Under the pieces are notes generated by a model, which did no database searches, had not been told where the DNA came from, and saw only the letters and a list, made by a program, of their open reading frames with translations. DNA of 64,000 nt from Squalus acanthias (taxonomy: Eukaryota), in NCBI GenBank assembly GCA_030390025.1, contig CM059432.1, positions 69,566,001 through 69,630,000 on the forward strand, written 5' to 3'. The position numbers and the translations under genes are program-made. Below are positions 1 through 12,727 of the stretch, in pieces. Every line of letters begins with the position of its first letter. The stretch's first letter is position 1.

Positions 1-42
1 ACATTCAATGTCATGGCATTTGGTGTAAGAGGACTTGGATGC

Positions 43-82
<40 letters not shown>

Positions 83-360
83 TTGCATCCAGGTCCACTC
101 ACATTAGATGCAATGCAGACAGGTCCTCTCTCACCAACATCCAGACAGTCTCTGAGACCAGGCAGTCAACAATGATGACATCATCAGAGGCGACTTTCAG
201 ACTGAAACCACTAATTAGTTCATGGGTTCCCACATGCTGCAACTCAATTGCCCAATTAAGTGAAAATTGCATCAGGCAGCCACATTAATCTGGAGTCGGG
301 CGGGGAACACGAAATGCGGATTACACGACCCCAACCCGACCCCAAGACAAAATCCAGCCC
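1..360. mobile_element. Harbinger-type MITE family E, right part (truncated by the window edge)
   Basis: Highly similar to 60650..61078 and to the end of 32681..33318; ends in AAAATCCAGCCC; internal (TC)n. Confidence 0.8.
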
Positions 361-465
361 ATTAACTCTGTTTCTATCTCCACAGATGCTGCCTGACCTG
401 CTGAGTATTTCCAGCATTTTCTGTTTTTATTTCAGATTTCCAGCATCTGCAGTATTTTGCTTTTG
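361..465 (+). repeat. Short repeat, probably a Penelope pseudo-LTR remnant
   Basis: ttaactctgtttctatctccacagatgctgcctgacctgctgagtatttccagc; same family as 8048..8165 and 50794..50940. Confidence 0.6.
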
Positions 466-957
466 TAAAAGTCCTTATCCTTGTCTATAAATCCCTCCAT
501 GGCCGAGCACCTCCCTACCTCTTCCAGCCATGTATCCCCTCCTCTCCCATCAACTCTCAAACTCTGGCTTTCTGTGCATGCCCACTCCCTTTGCCCCCAC
601 CATTAATGACACAGCTTTGAGTCATCTCAGCCATACTCTGGAATCCCCTTCCTAAATCCCGCTGCTTCTCTGTCTTCCTTCAACTCATGTTTTGACATAA
701 CCTTTCAGTCACTTCTCCGAACCTCTCTCTCCCATGGCTTCGCATCCGTTCCTCATTTCTCAGAAAAGTGCCTTGGTCTTCTAGTGCATATAAACACAAT
801 TTACTGTTGTTTTGGTTCATCCCTAGCTCTTAAGTATGATTGATAAATTATTTGTAATTTGTCTCTGTGCTAATCTTAGAGTTTCTGTTAATTCACTAAA
901 TAAGTTATGAAAAGAAAATTGATGTGCAAGACATTAATCTTAAGTTTTTACTTTCAG

Positions 958-1109
958 TGACTCAGTATGAGATCCTTGTTGTAACTGGAGATCTTTGGAA
1001 TGGTGGCACAGTAGCTAATGTCTTCATTATCATATATGGCAAAAGAGGTGACACAGGCTCAAGGCAGCTTATCAGATCAAATAATCCATTGAAGTTTCGG
1101 AAAGGCCAG
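958..1109 (+). CDS. RP1: RP1-like gene, internal exon A (PLAT/LH2 domain N-terminal part)
   Basis: tttcag|TGA...CAG|gtttgg; (V)TQYEILVVTGDLWNGGTVANVFIIIYGKRGDTGSRQLIRSNNPLKFRKGQ matches the PLAT-repeat pattern Y.V.V.TG....GT.ANV.I.IYG..GDTG; phase 1 to 0. Confidence 0.85.
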
Positions 1110-1304
1110 GTTTGGAATTTGAATTTTAAAATATACACACTATCTTACTATCTAGATACTGTGGACTAGATTTTCCCACTATCAGTAAATAGGTATATTA
1201 CTGTGATTTTAATTTGGTTATAGTGAGCAAAATGGGTTTCTGCAATGTTTGTGATTTACCCATCATTTCCCCAATGTTAATAGAAGTGGGGGAAACACCA
1301 CCAC

Positions 1305-1548
1305 CTCTAAGTTCCCCTTCAAGTCACACACCATCTTGACTTGGAAATATATTGCTGTTCCTTCGTTGTTGCTGGGCCAAAATCTTGGAACTCCTTACCT
1401 AACAGCACTGTGGGAGTACCTTCACCACACGGATGCAATGGTTCCAGAAGGAGGCTCACCACCACCTTCTCAAGGGCAACTAGGGATGGACAATAAATGC
1501 TAGCCTTGCCAACGGCCCCAACATCCCGCGAATGAATAAAAAAAAAAA
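1305..1548 (+). mobile_element. LINE 3'-end fragment with poly(A)
   Basis: Same 3' UTR (ctcaccaccaccttctcaagggcaa.tagggatgg.caataaatgc) as 18675..18900 (-) and 21295..21520. Confidence 0.7.
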
Positions 1549-2299
1549 CTCAGGCTCAAGGAAGAGAGCAGATTTAAAAGTGTGCAGGTCAGCAGTGCTG
1601 TAGACACACAATCTGATGTTTGAAGTAGGATGGTAACGCAAGTGGCAGTGGAAATCAATGACCTGGTATTTCCTTGTATTTTTGCTGTAACAATGAGATA
1701 TGTGCAGCGTAGTGCCGATTTTTAATGAGAGAACTCATGTGCAAGTGATTTCCGCTGCTTTTGTATTGAAACATCACAACATGTGAGTTCCCTTGCTCTT
1801 TTTGGCTGGTTTTACCACTCGCCCTTCAAAACCCTGTACCGCTCATTTCCATAGCTCTTCCTCCCCCACTCCCCACCCCCATCCACTGGTGCAGCTGATG
1901 GGCATTCCCTGCTTTAACACCACCTGACGTAGATTTACACCCGGATATAAGAGGCGCAGCATGCCCCCCGTCACCTAATTTGGATGTATCTGAAGAGCTT
2001 GGCACTGAAGAGTCCCCAAACATTTTTGCAGTTTGCTTGCAAGTTTCCGAGTAATTTTTAAAAAGGTTTTCTCAGTGAGACCTACACTATACATTACTAC
2101 AGTACTGTCAGTCTCACTACATCCAAAATTTCTTGGACCCCTTTCAACCCAACCCCCCCGCCCACGATCTACATGACTAAGCACCGGGTATGGGCTATCC
2201 AATTGGCATACCACTACTGTTTTATAATGGAGGAAGAGGAGTAGCCAAGGGAAGAGGCTATGAGAGTGAGGCATCATGGCAGAGGACAGCATCCCACTC

Positions 2300-2830
2300 C
2301 CTATTACCCCCTCCCAAGAGAGTGTTCAGGCAGCGCAGGTCATACCAAAACCTTTCTGAGGAGCTATGAGTCAGTAGACTGCGCTTCTCCAAGTAAGCCG
2401 TAGGCCACCTGTGCGACATTTTAGAAGAAGACCTCAAGCCACAGTCAACTGCATGCAATGCACATCATTATCTGTACAAATGAAGCTGAATTTTTATAGA
2501 TCCAAAGCCTTCCAGTCAGCTATGGAGGGTCTATGTAATAGCCAGGGGCTATAAGGGTCTGCATTCGCCAGGTGACAAATGCTTTTTTCTGAAGAGCACC
2601 TGACCATCAACTATGGCATGATGCACGCACAACAGAGAGACAGAGCCCATCAGCTCTACAGGCTCACTTGCTTCCCTTGGTAGCGGGGGCTATCCACGGC
2701 AATCACGTGGCTCTAAAGGCACCAACTTGGAGGTCACTGTCCTACATCAACAGGAAGAAGTTCCACTCGCTGAATGTGCAGATTGTTTGTGATGCAAAGC
2801 AATGGACACTGCACGTCAACACAGCATGCA
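2300..2830 (+). pseudogene. HARBI1-like Harbinger DDE transposase relic, N-terminal part
   Basis: RVFRQRRSYQNLSEEL*VSRLRFSK*AVGHLCDILEEDLKP and VAGAIHGNHVALKAP...YINRKKFHSLNVQIVCDA (degenerate GAIDCTH / NRKGFHSINVQ.VCD motifs). Confidence 0.8.
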
Positions 2831-3018
2831 GGAAGCTGCCACGACATACATGGGCAGAGCGCATAAAACAAACACTGAGGGAATTTGAGAAAGTGACATC
2901 ACAGTAAACACGGAGGTGGCGGCGTAAGTTACAGGTAAATATCAATTTAACCTACCTATAACTTAAACTAGACCAAGTAATTAGTTAAAAAATATAAGCG
3001 AAGTTGATTAAATACATA

Positions 3019-3904
3019 GGGGGAAAAATTCGGTTGGTTTGTGTCCCCGTTAGCACCTTAAGAGAGCGCTAATGGGGCGCAAAGCAACTAGCTCCTGGGC
3101 GCGGCGATGTTTGCGCCGCTCGCGAAATTGACCAGACATTTTGCGGCGGCGCTAAACATTACCGCCACGTCTCCTGCGCCCGCAGATCGTGACGTCAGTC
3201 GAGCGTGCAACGCCCCGGTAGCGCCCCGGACCGGATATTGAGTGGCGCCCCCTGCCTTACCGCCTGCCGCTAGCAACGACAGGTTGAGGGGAGCGTTTTG
3301 CAGTCGGAACGGACTGGGGAAGCGCTATTTAAAGGCGACCGCTTCCAGCCCTTTTTTGTCGGCGACATTTTTGCACCGCGCATTCTGAGTGAGAGAGAGA
3401 CTTCTGGAGATATTCAACGCTGTGTGAAGGAGTTTTGGGTACTGAGCAGCACTTTGCAGGTTCATTTTGATTTGATCTTCCTTGCATCGATTTAGAAGAG
3501 ACTATAGGGGCTGCACTTTGAGCTCTTTCCCTGGGCCTCTCCATTGTTCTTTCCAGCAGATTTGATGTAAAGGTCTCTCCAGGCCAAGATTCAAGGCTGC
3601 AATGAGCAGGGTTTGGATGGAGAGCAAGATCAACCCTCCCCTTTAAGAACTGGCCGGTGCCAGTGTGTCTGTGTTCCATTGCTGACTGACATCACATGAG
3701 CTTCGCCAGCGCTCTGAGGTAGTGCCTCGCTCCTCGGCGTTAGCACCTTAACAGAGGTGTGTAGCGCCTGATGTAGCGCTCCAATCACCTCCGGATGTGA
3801 TAGAAGCCAAGTTTGCAGTCGGAGGCAATAATTAGCGCCAAGCGCTAAACTTTGCGCCCGGCCGATAATTGCACCCCAACAGGGCGATACGGAATTTCTC
3901 CCCC
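3019..3904. mobile_element. Harbinger-type MITE family A, copy 1
   Basis: TIR GGGGGAAAAATTC / GAATTTCTCCCCC; 3-bp TSD ATA; colinear with 40781..41695. Confidence 0.88.
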
Positions 3905-3947
3905 ATAATCTTTAATTCATTAAACAAATAAAAAAGGTTTTATAGGG

Positions 3948-5108
3948 ATGACAGTGCAGGTGGTGTGTCGCAACTGCAGCATGTGGGAGTTTGTGGAGAG
4001 CATCGAGAGTAAGTGTCTGCATCTCGAGGAACTTCAGCTCAGAATTGTTGAGCTAGAGTCTGAGGTGCAGACATTGTGGGGCATCAGGGAGAGGGAGAGT
4101 TACCAGGACACTTTGATCCAAGAGGCAGTCACACCCCTTAGGTTAGGTAGTGGTATGGGTCTGGTTCGTGATCAGAGAAAGGAGAGTGTGACTGCAACTC
4201 AGGCAGGTAAGGGGATCCCAGTTGCAGTACTGGAGGAGCCTTGACCTTTACATAAGAACATAAGACGTAGGAGCAGGAGTAGGTCATTTGGCCCCTCGAA
4301 CCTGCTCCGCCGTTTAATAAGACCATGGTTGATCTGATCTTGGCCTCAACTCCACTTTCCTGCCCACTCCCCATAACCATTGACCCCCTTTACCCTTATC
4401 CAACAGATGAGGACAAAGTCTGCAGGGTGTCTGAGCAAACTGACCACGGCACCGTGGTACAGGAGGCCATTCAGGTGGGGGGGAGTGAAAAGGAATGTTG
4501 TAGTGGTAGGGGACAGTATAGTCAGGGGGATAGATACTGTTCTCTGCAGCCGCGATCGGGAGATCCGAAGGCTGTGTTGCCTGGGTTAAGGATATCTCCT
4601 CGCGGCTGGAGAGGAATTTAGAGTGGGAGGGGGTGGATCCAGTTGTCGTGGTCCACGTAGGAACCAATGACATAGGTAGAACTAGGAATGAGGTTCTGCT
4701 GAGAGGGTTTGAGGAGCTACGGTCCAAATTAAAATGCAGAACCTCAAAGGTAATAATCTCTGGATTGTTACCTGAGCCACGTGCAAATTGACAGGGACAA
4801 GCAGATCAGAGAGTTAAATGCGTGGCTCAAAGAATGGTGTGGGAGGAAAGGGTTTCGATTCATAGGGTACTGGAACCAGTACTAGAAAAAGAGGGAGCTG
4901 TTCCGTTGGGACGGGCTCCACCTAAACCGGGCTGTGACCAGTGTTCTGGCGAATTGAATAACTAGGGCTGTAGGGCTTTAAACTGAAAAAGGGGGTGGGG
5001 GGAGGGGTCAGGTGAGGGGAAATTTAGAAATCTAAAGAGAAAAGTCAAGGCAATGGAGCAGTGTAGCGATTTGGGTAAAGATACGCAGAGTGTGACAGGA
5101 AGGGACAG
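3948..5108 (+). mobile_element. CR1 LINE ORF1 relic (Cys motif, leucine zipper, SGNH esterase), interrupted by a short antisense CR1 3' end (about 4250..4395)
   Basis: CRNCSMWE; LEELQLRIVELESEVQTL; VVVGDSIVRG; VVVHVGTNDIG; frameshifted. Confidence 0.8.
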
Positions 5109-5109
5109 A

Positions 5110-5473
5110 GGCCTAGAACTTCGTAGCCGTTACGAAATCTGCCGGTGCCACCGCGGCCATGGGTTAACAGCTGCCGAAAATGGTGGTGTGGACAGAACTG
5201 AAAAATTGGCGCTGAGGACTAATGATTATTAGTCCAGCGCTAAACTCGCCGTATAATGCTCTCCTGGTGGCATTCGTCCCAGAATCAGGCCCCAATGTGG
5301 CATCCAGAAGCGGCACTGCAGCTTCGCACAGACTCTGAAAGCGAGGCTGTGATTTTGCAAAGCATTGTGGGATCTTAAAAGGGCAATGCATTGTCGTTTT
5401 CTTAAAAGGCCTTCTGAAATAACAAAAATAAAAATGATGTAAAAATATGCAGTTTTTTGCCCTTACAGCTTAA
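5110..5473 (+). mobile_element. Terminal fragment of a Harbinger-type element
   Basis: Starts GGCCTAGAACTT (cf. TIR at 49088); diverged homology to the reverse complement of 9400..9749. Confidence 0.55.
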
Positions 5474-5477
5474 GACA

Positions 5478-6485
5478 TGTATGTCCTTTCTTAGATAAGA
5501 AGACCAAAACTGTGCACAGTACTCCAGGTGTGGTCTCACCAAAACCCTGTACAATTTCAGTAAGACTTCCTTACTCTTGTACTCCAACCCTCTTTGAATA
5601 AAGGCCAACATGCATTTGCTTTCCTCATTGCTTGCTGTACCTGCATGCTAACTTTCTGTGTTCCCTGTACGAGGACACCTAAATCTCTCTGAACACCAAC
5701 ATTTAATAGTTTCTCGCCATTTAAAAAATATTCTGTTTTTCTATTCTTCCTACCAAAGTGAATAAACTCATATTTCCCCACATTATACTCCATCTGCCAC
5801 CTTATTGCCCACCTACTTAACCTGTCTATATCCCTTTGCAGAATTTTGTATATTCCTCACAGCTTACTTTTCCACCTTGCTTTGTATCGTCAGCAAACTT
5901 GGATACATTGCATTCGGTCCCTTCCTCTAAGTCATTAATATAAATTGTAAATACCTGAGGCCCAAGCACTGATCCTTGCGGCACCCCACTAGTTACAGCG
6001 TGCCAACTGGAAAATGACCCGTTTATCCCTACTCTCTGTTTTCTGTCCAATAGCCAATCCCCTATCCATGCTAATATGTTACCTCCAACCCCATGAGCCC
6101 TTATCTTGTGTAGCAACCTTTTATGTGGCACTTTATCAAATGTCTTTTGGAAATCCAAATATAGTACATCCACTGGTTCCCCTTTATCTACCCTGCTAGT
6201 TACATCTTTAAACTCTAATTTATTTGTTGAACACGATTTCCCTTTCATAAAACCATGTTGACTTTGCCTAATCATATTATGATTTTCCAAGTACCCAGTT
6301 ACCACTTCCTTCATAATGGATTCCAGCATTTTCCCGATGACTGATGTTAGGCTAACTGGCCTGTAGTTCCCTGTTTTCTCTCTCCCTCCTTTCTTGAATA
6401 GCGGTGTTACATTTGCTACCTTCCAATCCGCTGGGACCGTTCTAAAATCTAGAAATTTGGGAGATCACAGTCAATGCATCCATTA
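5478..6485 (-). mobile_element. CR1 LINE ORF2 (RT) fragment
   Basis: [49 protein letters not shown]; frameshifts. Confidence 0.92.
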
Positions 6486-6489
6486 TACC

Positions 6490-7024
6490 TTGGTCTCCTG
6501 ATCTGAGGAAGGATATACTTGCCTTAGAGGCAGTGCGAGCAAGGTTCACTAGATTGATTCCTGGATGAGAGGATTGTCCTATGAGGAGAGATTGAATAGA
6601 TTGGGCCTATACTCTCTGGAGTTTAGAAGAATGAGAGGAGATCTCATTGAAACGCATAAGATTCTGAGGGGGATTGACAGGGTTGATGCTGGGAGGTTGT
6701 TTCCCCTGGCTGGAGAGTCTAGAACTAGGGGTGTAGTCTCAGGATAAGGGGTAGGCCATTTAAAACTGAGATGAGGAGGAATTCCTTCACTCAGAGGGTT
6801 GTGAATCTTTAGAATTCTCTGCCTCAAAAGGCTGTGGATGCTGAATCGTTGAATATATCAAGGCTGAGATAGATAGATTTTTGGACTCTAGGGGAATGAA
6901 GGGATATGGGAATCGGGCGGGAAAGTGGAGTTGAGATCGAAGATCAGTCATGATCTTACTGAATGGCGGAGCAGGCTCGAGGGGCCGTATGGCATACACC
7001 TGCTCCTAATTCTTATGTTCTTAT
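6490..7024 (+). mobile_element. CR1 LINE 3' end with short-repeat tail
   Basis: LSYEERL..LGLYSLEFRRMRGDLIE; ends ttcttatgttcttat. Confidence 0.9.
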
Positions 7025-7029
7025 ACATC

Positions 7030-7388
7030 TTGTAGCATTCAGCCATCACACAGCTATTCAAGGAGCTGAATGGACAGATAGATCCTGGGGGACAAAGCAT
7101 ATCATACGTTTTCTAAAATGACGATTCAGGTGCCTGGACAAGTCAGCAGGTGTCTCCCAGTACGTGCCAGTTGGGATGCCAAAAATAATTGTGGCCTGCT
7201 GCATACTTCACAATTTTGGTTTACAAGAGAGGCTCAGTCTGGGCATACCTGGCAAGAAGGCCATTGCACCAAAAGATCCTGAGCTGCAGGCCCCGGACCC
7301 CGTGGATGATGCCCGCTCAGATGTGTTGTCACTTGAAGCTGTCAAAACTGTCAGAGGGTGGCTGATTACAGAGGTCTTCAGCACCTAA
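7030..7388 (+). pseudogene. HARBI1-like transposase relic, C-terminal part
   Basis: LK*RFRCLDKSAGVSQYVP...KIIVACCILHN matches LK.RFRCL...G.LQY.P...II.ACC.LHN. Confidence 0.82.
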
Positions 7389-7614
7389 TTACCTTCACCT
7401 ACAGAACGCAGCTTTCTCACCTTTTCCTACACTTGCTAATACAGATTATCTGAAACCAATACCCACCCAAGCACATGACAACACATCAGTCCTCTTTGCT
7501 CTGATATCACTATGCCAACTGTCATCACCTGGGTGAATAAGTATACACTGAGTGAGTGCACCCTTTCCTGTATGACTGAGCTCCATGATTAACAAACCAG
7601 AGAATAATGACTAA

Positions 7615-9749
7615 AGGTTTGGGGGCTTTACGCCACCTGTTACTGGCAAAAAATGGTGGGTCCTGTGGCGTCCTCCATTTTTGATGTCCCCATAGCGCTG
7701 CTGATAAATAGTACCGCCCTGCAAAAAAAATGGTGGATTGGTAACGTCGCACACCGACTTAACGTCACCACACCCAACTTCGACCCTAGCGCTGAGTTCA
7801 GAGTTGGGTCATAACCACGCCAGAGAAATCCAGCGTGCAAATAGACTGACAGAGGCGCTGTCAGCACCTCTTAAAGGGACACGCACATCTTTCAGCTAAG
7901 TTTGCATTTAAGCTTTTGGACTGGGTTTTTTTGATTTTATTGAAGTAGTGGCTTGCTGCAATAGATGTTAAAAGTTTTTTAAGTGTGTAGGAAGTGCGGC
8001 TGGACTCTTGCAAAGCCTTGGATGGTAAAGGAAGGCCTCTTGAGTAGACAGAAAATGCTGGAAATACTGAACAAGTCAGGCAACATCTGTCTCCGGTCGA
8101 GATGCTGCCTGCCCTGCTGAGTATTTCCAGCATTTTACGCTGTCATTTCAGATTTACAGCATCCGCTCGCAGAGGGAAGAGGAAGACACAGAAGAGGAGT
8201 AAGCAGAAGAGGAGGAAGCAGATGGAAGAATGCATCCCAGACAGCCCCTTTGTGGCCGGGATATCCGGGATGGAATCATCTGCCTGCTGACCCAGTGACA
8301 ACAACCCCAATTCCCCTTCCAACATCAGTCCCACACCTTACCTTCCCTCTGTTACTGACCATCACAGTGTCCTCTTGGTCATGATGCTGAAATAAAAGCC
8401 ACCACAAAGCAGACTTTCCAATCCAACTTTATACATCTATCCATCCAATATGATAGCAAGAAATCAACTCATCACCTTTATGCATTCTCTTAGTGACTGT
8501 CTTGTTTGTGCCTTTGCCTATCCTACTGATCATGTTACGCAGCATGGCTGGTGGAAGGCTGCTGACTTTCAGTGGGGGACACTGCAAATGACCTTGCTGG
8601 TCGACCTTGAGGAGTTGGTGGCTGGGAGTGTCAAATCAATCTTCTTCTATCTTCTTCTTCCCCTTCTTCCTCCATCTTCCTCCTCCTCTTCCTCCTCCAT
8701 CTCCTCCTCCTCCTCCATCTCCATCTCTTGGGTGTGTGAAATGAGGAAGGCACAAGGGCAGAGTTGTGGTGAGGGGAGGGCGGGAAAGCCGGAGGATAAT
8801 GTATGAGGATACCAGCATCTTGTATCCTTTCAGCCCCGCTGTTGGCCAAGGGCTCAGCCAAAAATGACCTGCACTGTCTCCTCCAAGGGGGTGAGCTGAG
8901 GCTAGGAATGGGAAATGTGCCTCGTGATTGGTACAGATTGTTGGTAGGTGACTGATTGGGGACAGGGAGTCGTGCATTGAGGAGTGTGTGTGAGGCTAGT
9001 GATGCAGTTGGTAGGAGATGGCTTTTGAAGATGCATTCACTGACCTTGACCACTGGCCTGAGGCCATCAAGCTTCTTTGGGCACTGGAGCCAGATGGCGG
9101 GGGCGACATTGCTGGCAGTGACGGCCTCGGTGATGTGGTCCCACATCCTTCTTTCTGGAGGGCCTCCTGGCCCCTGTGGGTAGAGGACCTGCCTTGCAAG
9201 TGTTGGCCCCTTGCACAAAGCTGGAGTGCTGCGTGCGAGACCCTGGGTGCCCCTTCCCTGGCTTGCTGAGCCATTCGTGTTAGTGCTGAAGCACTTTTCC
9301 CATTTTTGAGCTTCGGAAGGAAATTCAGCTTTAAGTGCTGAAGAATCCCATCTGGGACTTCGTTTTAATGGTAGTTTTTTTATTGAAAGGCAGTAAAGGC
9401 AGTAAGGGCTGAAAGCTGCAATTTTCAATGCATTGTCATTTTTATTAGTTTTGAACGCATTGCCCCTTTAATTCATAACCCCTTTAATTGCCCACAATGC
9501 CTTGTAAACTCCACAGCCTCGCTCCCAGAGGCTGTAAGGAGCTGCAATGCCGACTGTGGACGGGAGCTTCGGGTCGGAGGCCTGCATTAATGCCTCCCAG
9601 AGTGCGTTGCTCCGTATGTTAGCGCTGTCCTACACATCAGCCCTAGGTGCGAATTTTTGCCCAGTAGCACTGTGGCCATTTTCAGCGGCCGTTAACTCGA
9701 GTTGCCGGTGACACCGACAATTCTCTTGGTGTACACGAATTTTTCCGCC
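7615..9749 (-). mobile_element. Non-autonomous Harbinger element with Myb/SANT gene relic (boundaries approximate)
   Basis: WDHITEAVTASNVAP.IWLQCPKKLDGL; colinear homology with 49088..52998; flanked by TAA on both sides, left TIR unclear. Confidence 0.7.
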
Positions 9750-10139
9750 TAAATGCACATTCAACGTTAATACAAAAAATGCTAAAATATAAGCAAGTCT
9801 CCATAGAACAGAGTAAGTGTACATTGAAGCTTAATGCAGTGGCCAAAGGCAAACAGGCCTCCATCAATAGCTTAGAACAGAATAAGTGCAAGGTCAAACC
9901 ATAGTACAGTTATGGCAATGTACAACACAGCCTTCCTGAATAACTGCAAAAAAATTAAGTGCATTTGAACTTGACATGATCAATGGCCAGATGTATTCAA
10001 ACAGTCACCCTACTGTTTCCTAACATCATGCATTCCCCTGGTGCCTCGATTTGTCTTTCTATCAGCTATGCTGGTGCTCCGTCAATAGTGTCATGAGGGC
10101 CAGGAAGGTGGGAAGGGGTGGGCTGCTGATACTGGACTG

Positions 10140-10540
10140 AACAACAACTTGCATTTATTTAGCGCCTTTAACATCGTGAAATGTCCCAAGGCGCTTCACA
10201 GGAGTGTTATCAAACAATATTTGACACCAAGCCACGTAAGGAGATATTAGGACAGATGACCGAAAGCTTGGTCAAAGAGGTAGGTTTTAAGCAACGTCAT
10301 AAATGAGGAGAGAGAGGTCGAGAGGCGAAGTGGCTTAGGAGGGAATTCTAGAGCTTAGGGTCAAGACAGCTCAAAGTATGGCCACCAATGGTGGAGTGAT
10401 TAAAATAGGGGATGTGGAAGAGGCCAGAATTGGAGGAGCGCAGAGATCTCGGAGGGTTGTAGGGCTGGAGGAGGTTACAGAGATAGGGAGGGGCGAGGCC
10501 ATGGAGGGAATTCAAGACAATGATGAGAATTAGAATTGTC
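10140..10540 (-). mobile_element. L2 LINE 3' fragment
   Basis: SLHGLAPPYLCNLLQPYNPPRSLRSSNSG...; terminus aggcgctaataaatgcaagttgttgtt. Confidence 0.75.
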
Positions 10541-10665
10541 ATGGAACTGAAGTGGTGCTCAACTCATGGCAGCTGGCACTTGGCATGAGGCTGCTGCTGG
10601 CCACACCTCTGCAGGAAATCTCCTGGGCAGCCTGGTCTCACCTGACAGATTTTAATAGCATGGTG

Positions 10666-12478
10666 CTATAGAAGCAGGAGTAGGCCATTCGGCCCTTCGA
10701 GCCTGCTCCGCCATTCAATATGATCATGGCTGATCCTCTATCTCAATACCATATTCCCGATCTCTCCCCATACCCCTTGATGCCTTTTGTGTCTAGAAAT
10801 CTATCTATCCTTCTTAAATATATTCAGTGACTTGGCCTCTACAGCCTTCTGTGGTAGAGAATTCCACAGGTTTAACACCCTCTGAGTGAAGAAATTTCTC
10901 CTCATCTCAGTCCTAAATGTCCTACCCCGTATCCTGAGACTGTGAACCCCTCGTTCTCAACCCCCCAGCCAGAGGAAACATCTCCCTGCATCCAGTCTGT
11001 CTAGCCCTGTCAGAATTTTATACGTTTCAATGAGATCCCCTCTCATTCTTCTAAACTCTAGTGAATACAGGCCTAGTCGACCCAATCTCTCCTCATACAA
11101 CAGTCCTGCCATCCCAGGAATCAGCCTGGTGAACCTTCGCTGCACTCCCTCTATGGCAAGTATATCCTTTCTTAGGTAAGCAGACCAAAACTGCACACAG
11201 TACTCCAGGTACGGTCTCGCCAAGGCCCTGTACAACTTTAGTGAGACATCCTTGCTCCTGTACTCAAATCCGCTTGCAATGAAGGCCAACATACTATTTG
11301 CCTTCCTAACTGTTTGCTGCACCTGCATGTTTGCTTTCAGTGACTGGTGTACAAGGACACTCAGGTCCCTTTGTACATCAGCATTTCCCAATCTATCACC
11401 ATTTAAATAATACTCTACCTCTCTGTTTTTCCAACCGAAGTGGATAACTTCACATTTATCCACGTTATACTGCGTCTGCCATGTATTTGCCCACTCACTC
11501 AACTTGTCTAAATCGCCTTGAAGCCTCTTTGCATCCTCCTCACAACTCACAATCCCACCTAGTTTTGTGTCGTCAGCAAACTTGGAAATGTTACATTTGG
11601 TTCCCTCATCCAAATCATTGATATATATTGTGAATAGCTGCGGCCCAAGCACTGATCCTGCGGTACCCCACTAGTCACCGCCTGCCACCCCAAAAAAGTC
11701 CCATTTATTCCTACTCTCTGTTTCCTGTCTGTTAACCAGTTTTCAATCCATGCCAGTATATTACCTCCAATCCCATGTGCTTTGATTTTGCACACTAACC
11801 TCTTATGTGGGACTTTATCAAAGGCCTTCTGAAAATCCAAATACACCACATCCACTGGTGCTCCCTTATCTATTCTACCAGTTACATCCTCAAAAAACTC
11901 CAGTAGGTTTGTCAAACACGATTTCCCTTTCATAAATCCATGTTGACTTTGTCTAATCCCGTTTATATTTTCTAAGTGTCCTGTTATCACATCCTTTATA
12001 ATAGACTCTAGCATTTTCCCTACTACTTATGTTAGGCTAACCGGTCTGTAGTTCCCAGTTGTCTCTCTCCCTCCTTTTTTAAATAGTGGTGTTTCATTTG
12101 CCACCCTCCAATCTGCAGGAACTGTTCCATAATCTATAGAATTTTGGAGGATGACAACCAATGCATCCACTATTTCCATGGCTACCTCTTTTAGTACTCT
12201 GGGATGCAGATTATCAGGCCCTGGGAATTTATCAGCTTTCAGTCCCATTAATTTCTCCAGCACTATTTTTTTACTAATACTAATTTCCTTTAATTCCGCC
12301 TTCTCAGTGGACCCTTGGTTCCTTAGCATTTCTGGGAAGCTATTTGTGTCCTCTTCCTTGAAGACAGAACCAAAGTATTTGTTTAATTGCTCTGCCATTT
12401 CTTTGTTCCCCATTATAAATTCTCCCATTTCTGACTGTAAGGGACCTACATTTGTCTTCACTAATCTTTTTCTTTTTC
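10666..12478 (-). mobile_element. CR1 LINE ORF2 3' portion
   Basis: [37 protein letters not shown] and the CR1 3' UTR. Confidence 0.93.
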
Positions 12479-12727
12479 TCTGATGGGAAGGCCAGTCCTG
12501 GCATATGATGCTGTTCTGACAGGTATCATCAGACACTTGCGACTACAACTGCCATCTTTCACTTGGCTCTGGGTCTGCAGTCCTAGTCATTAGCTGGATG
12601 ATTGGTGTGATGGGAGCCACCAAATCCTTGTGTCCCAAAAGCTGGTGGTGAGTCTAGTGGGTCTGAGAGAGCACAGCAGCAAGGAGAAGGCGGCCAAAGT
12701 TTCCTACCTTTTAGCGCTGGACACAAT

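Noticed and set aside
2300..7388. Domesticated HARBI1 gene
   Set aside because: Multiple stops and frameshifts, a degenerate GAID motif (GAIH), no splice structure, and it is split by other transposons.
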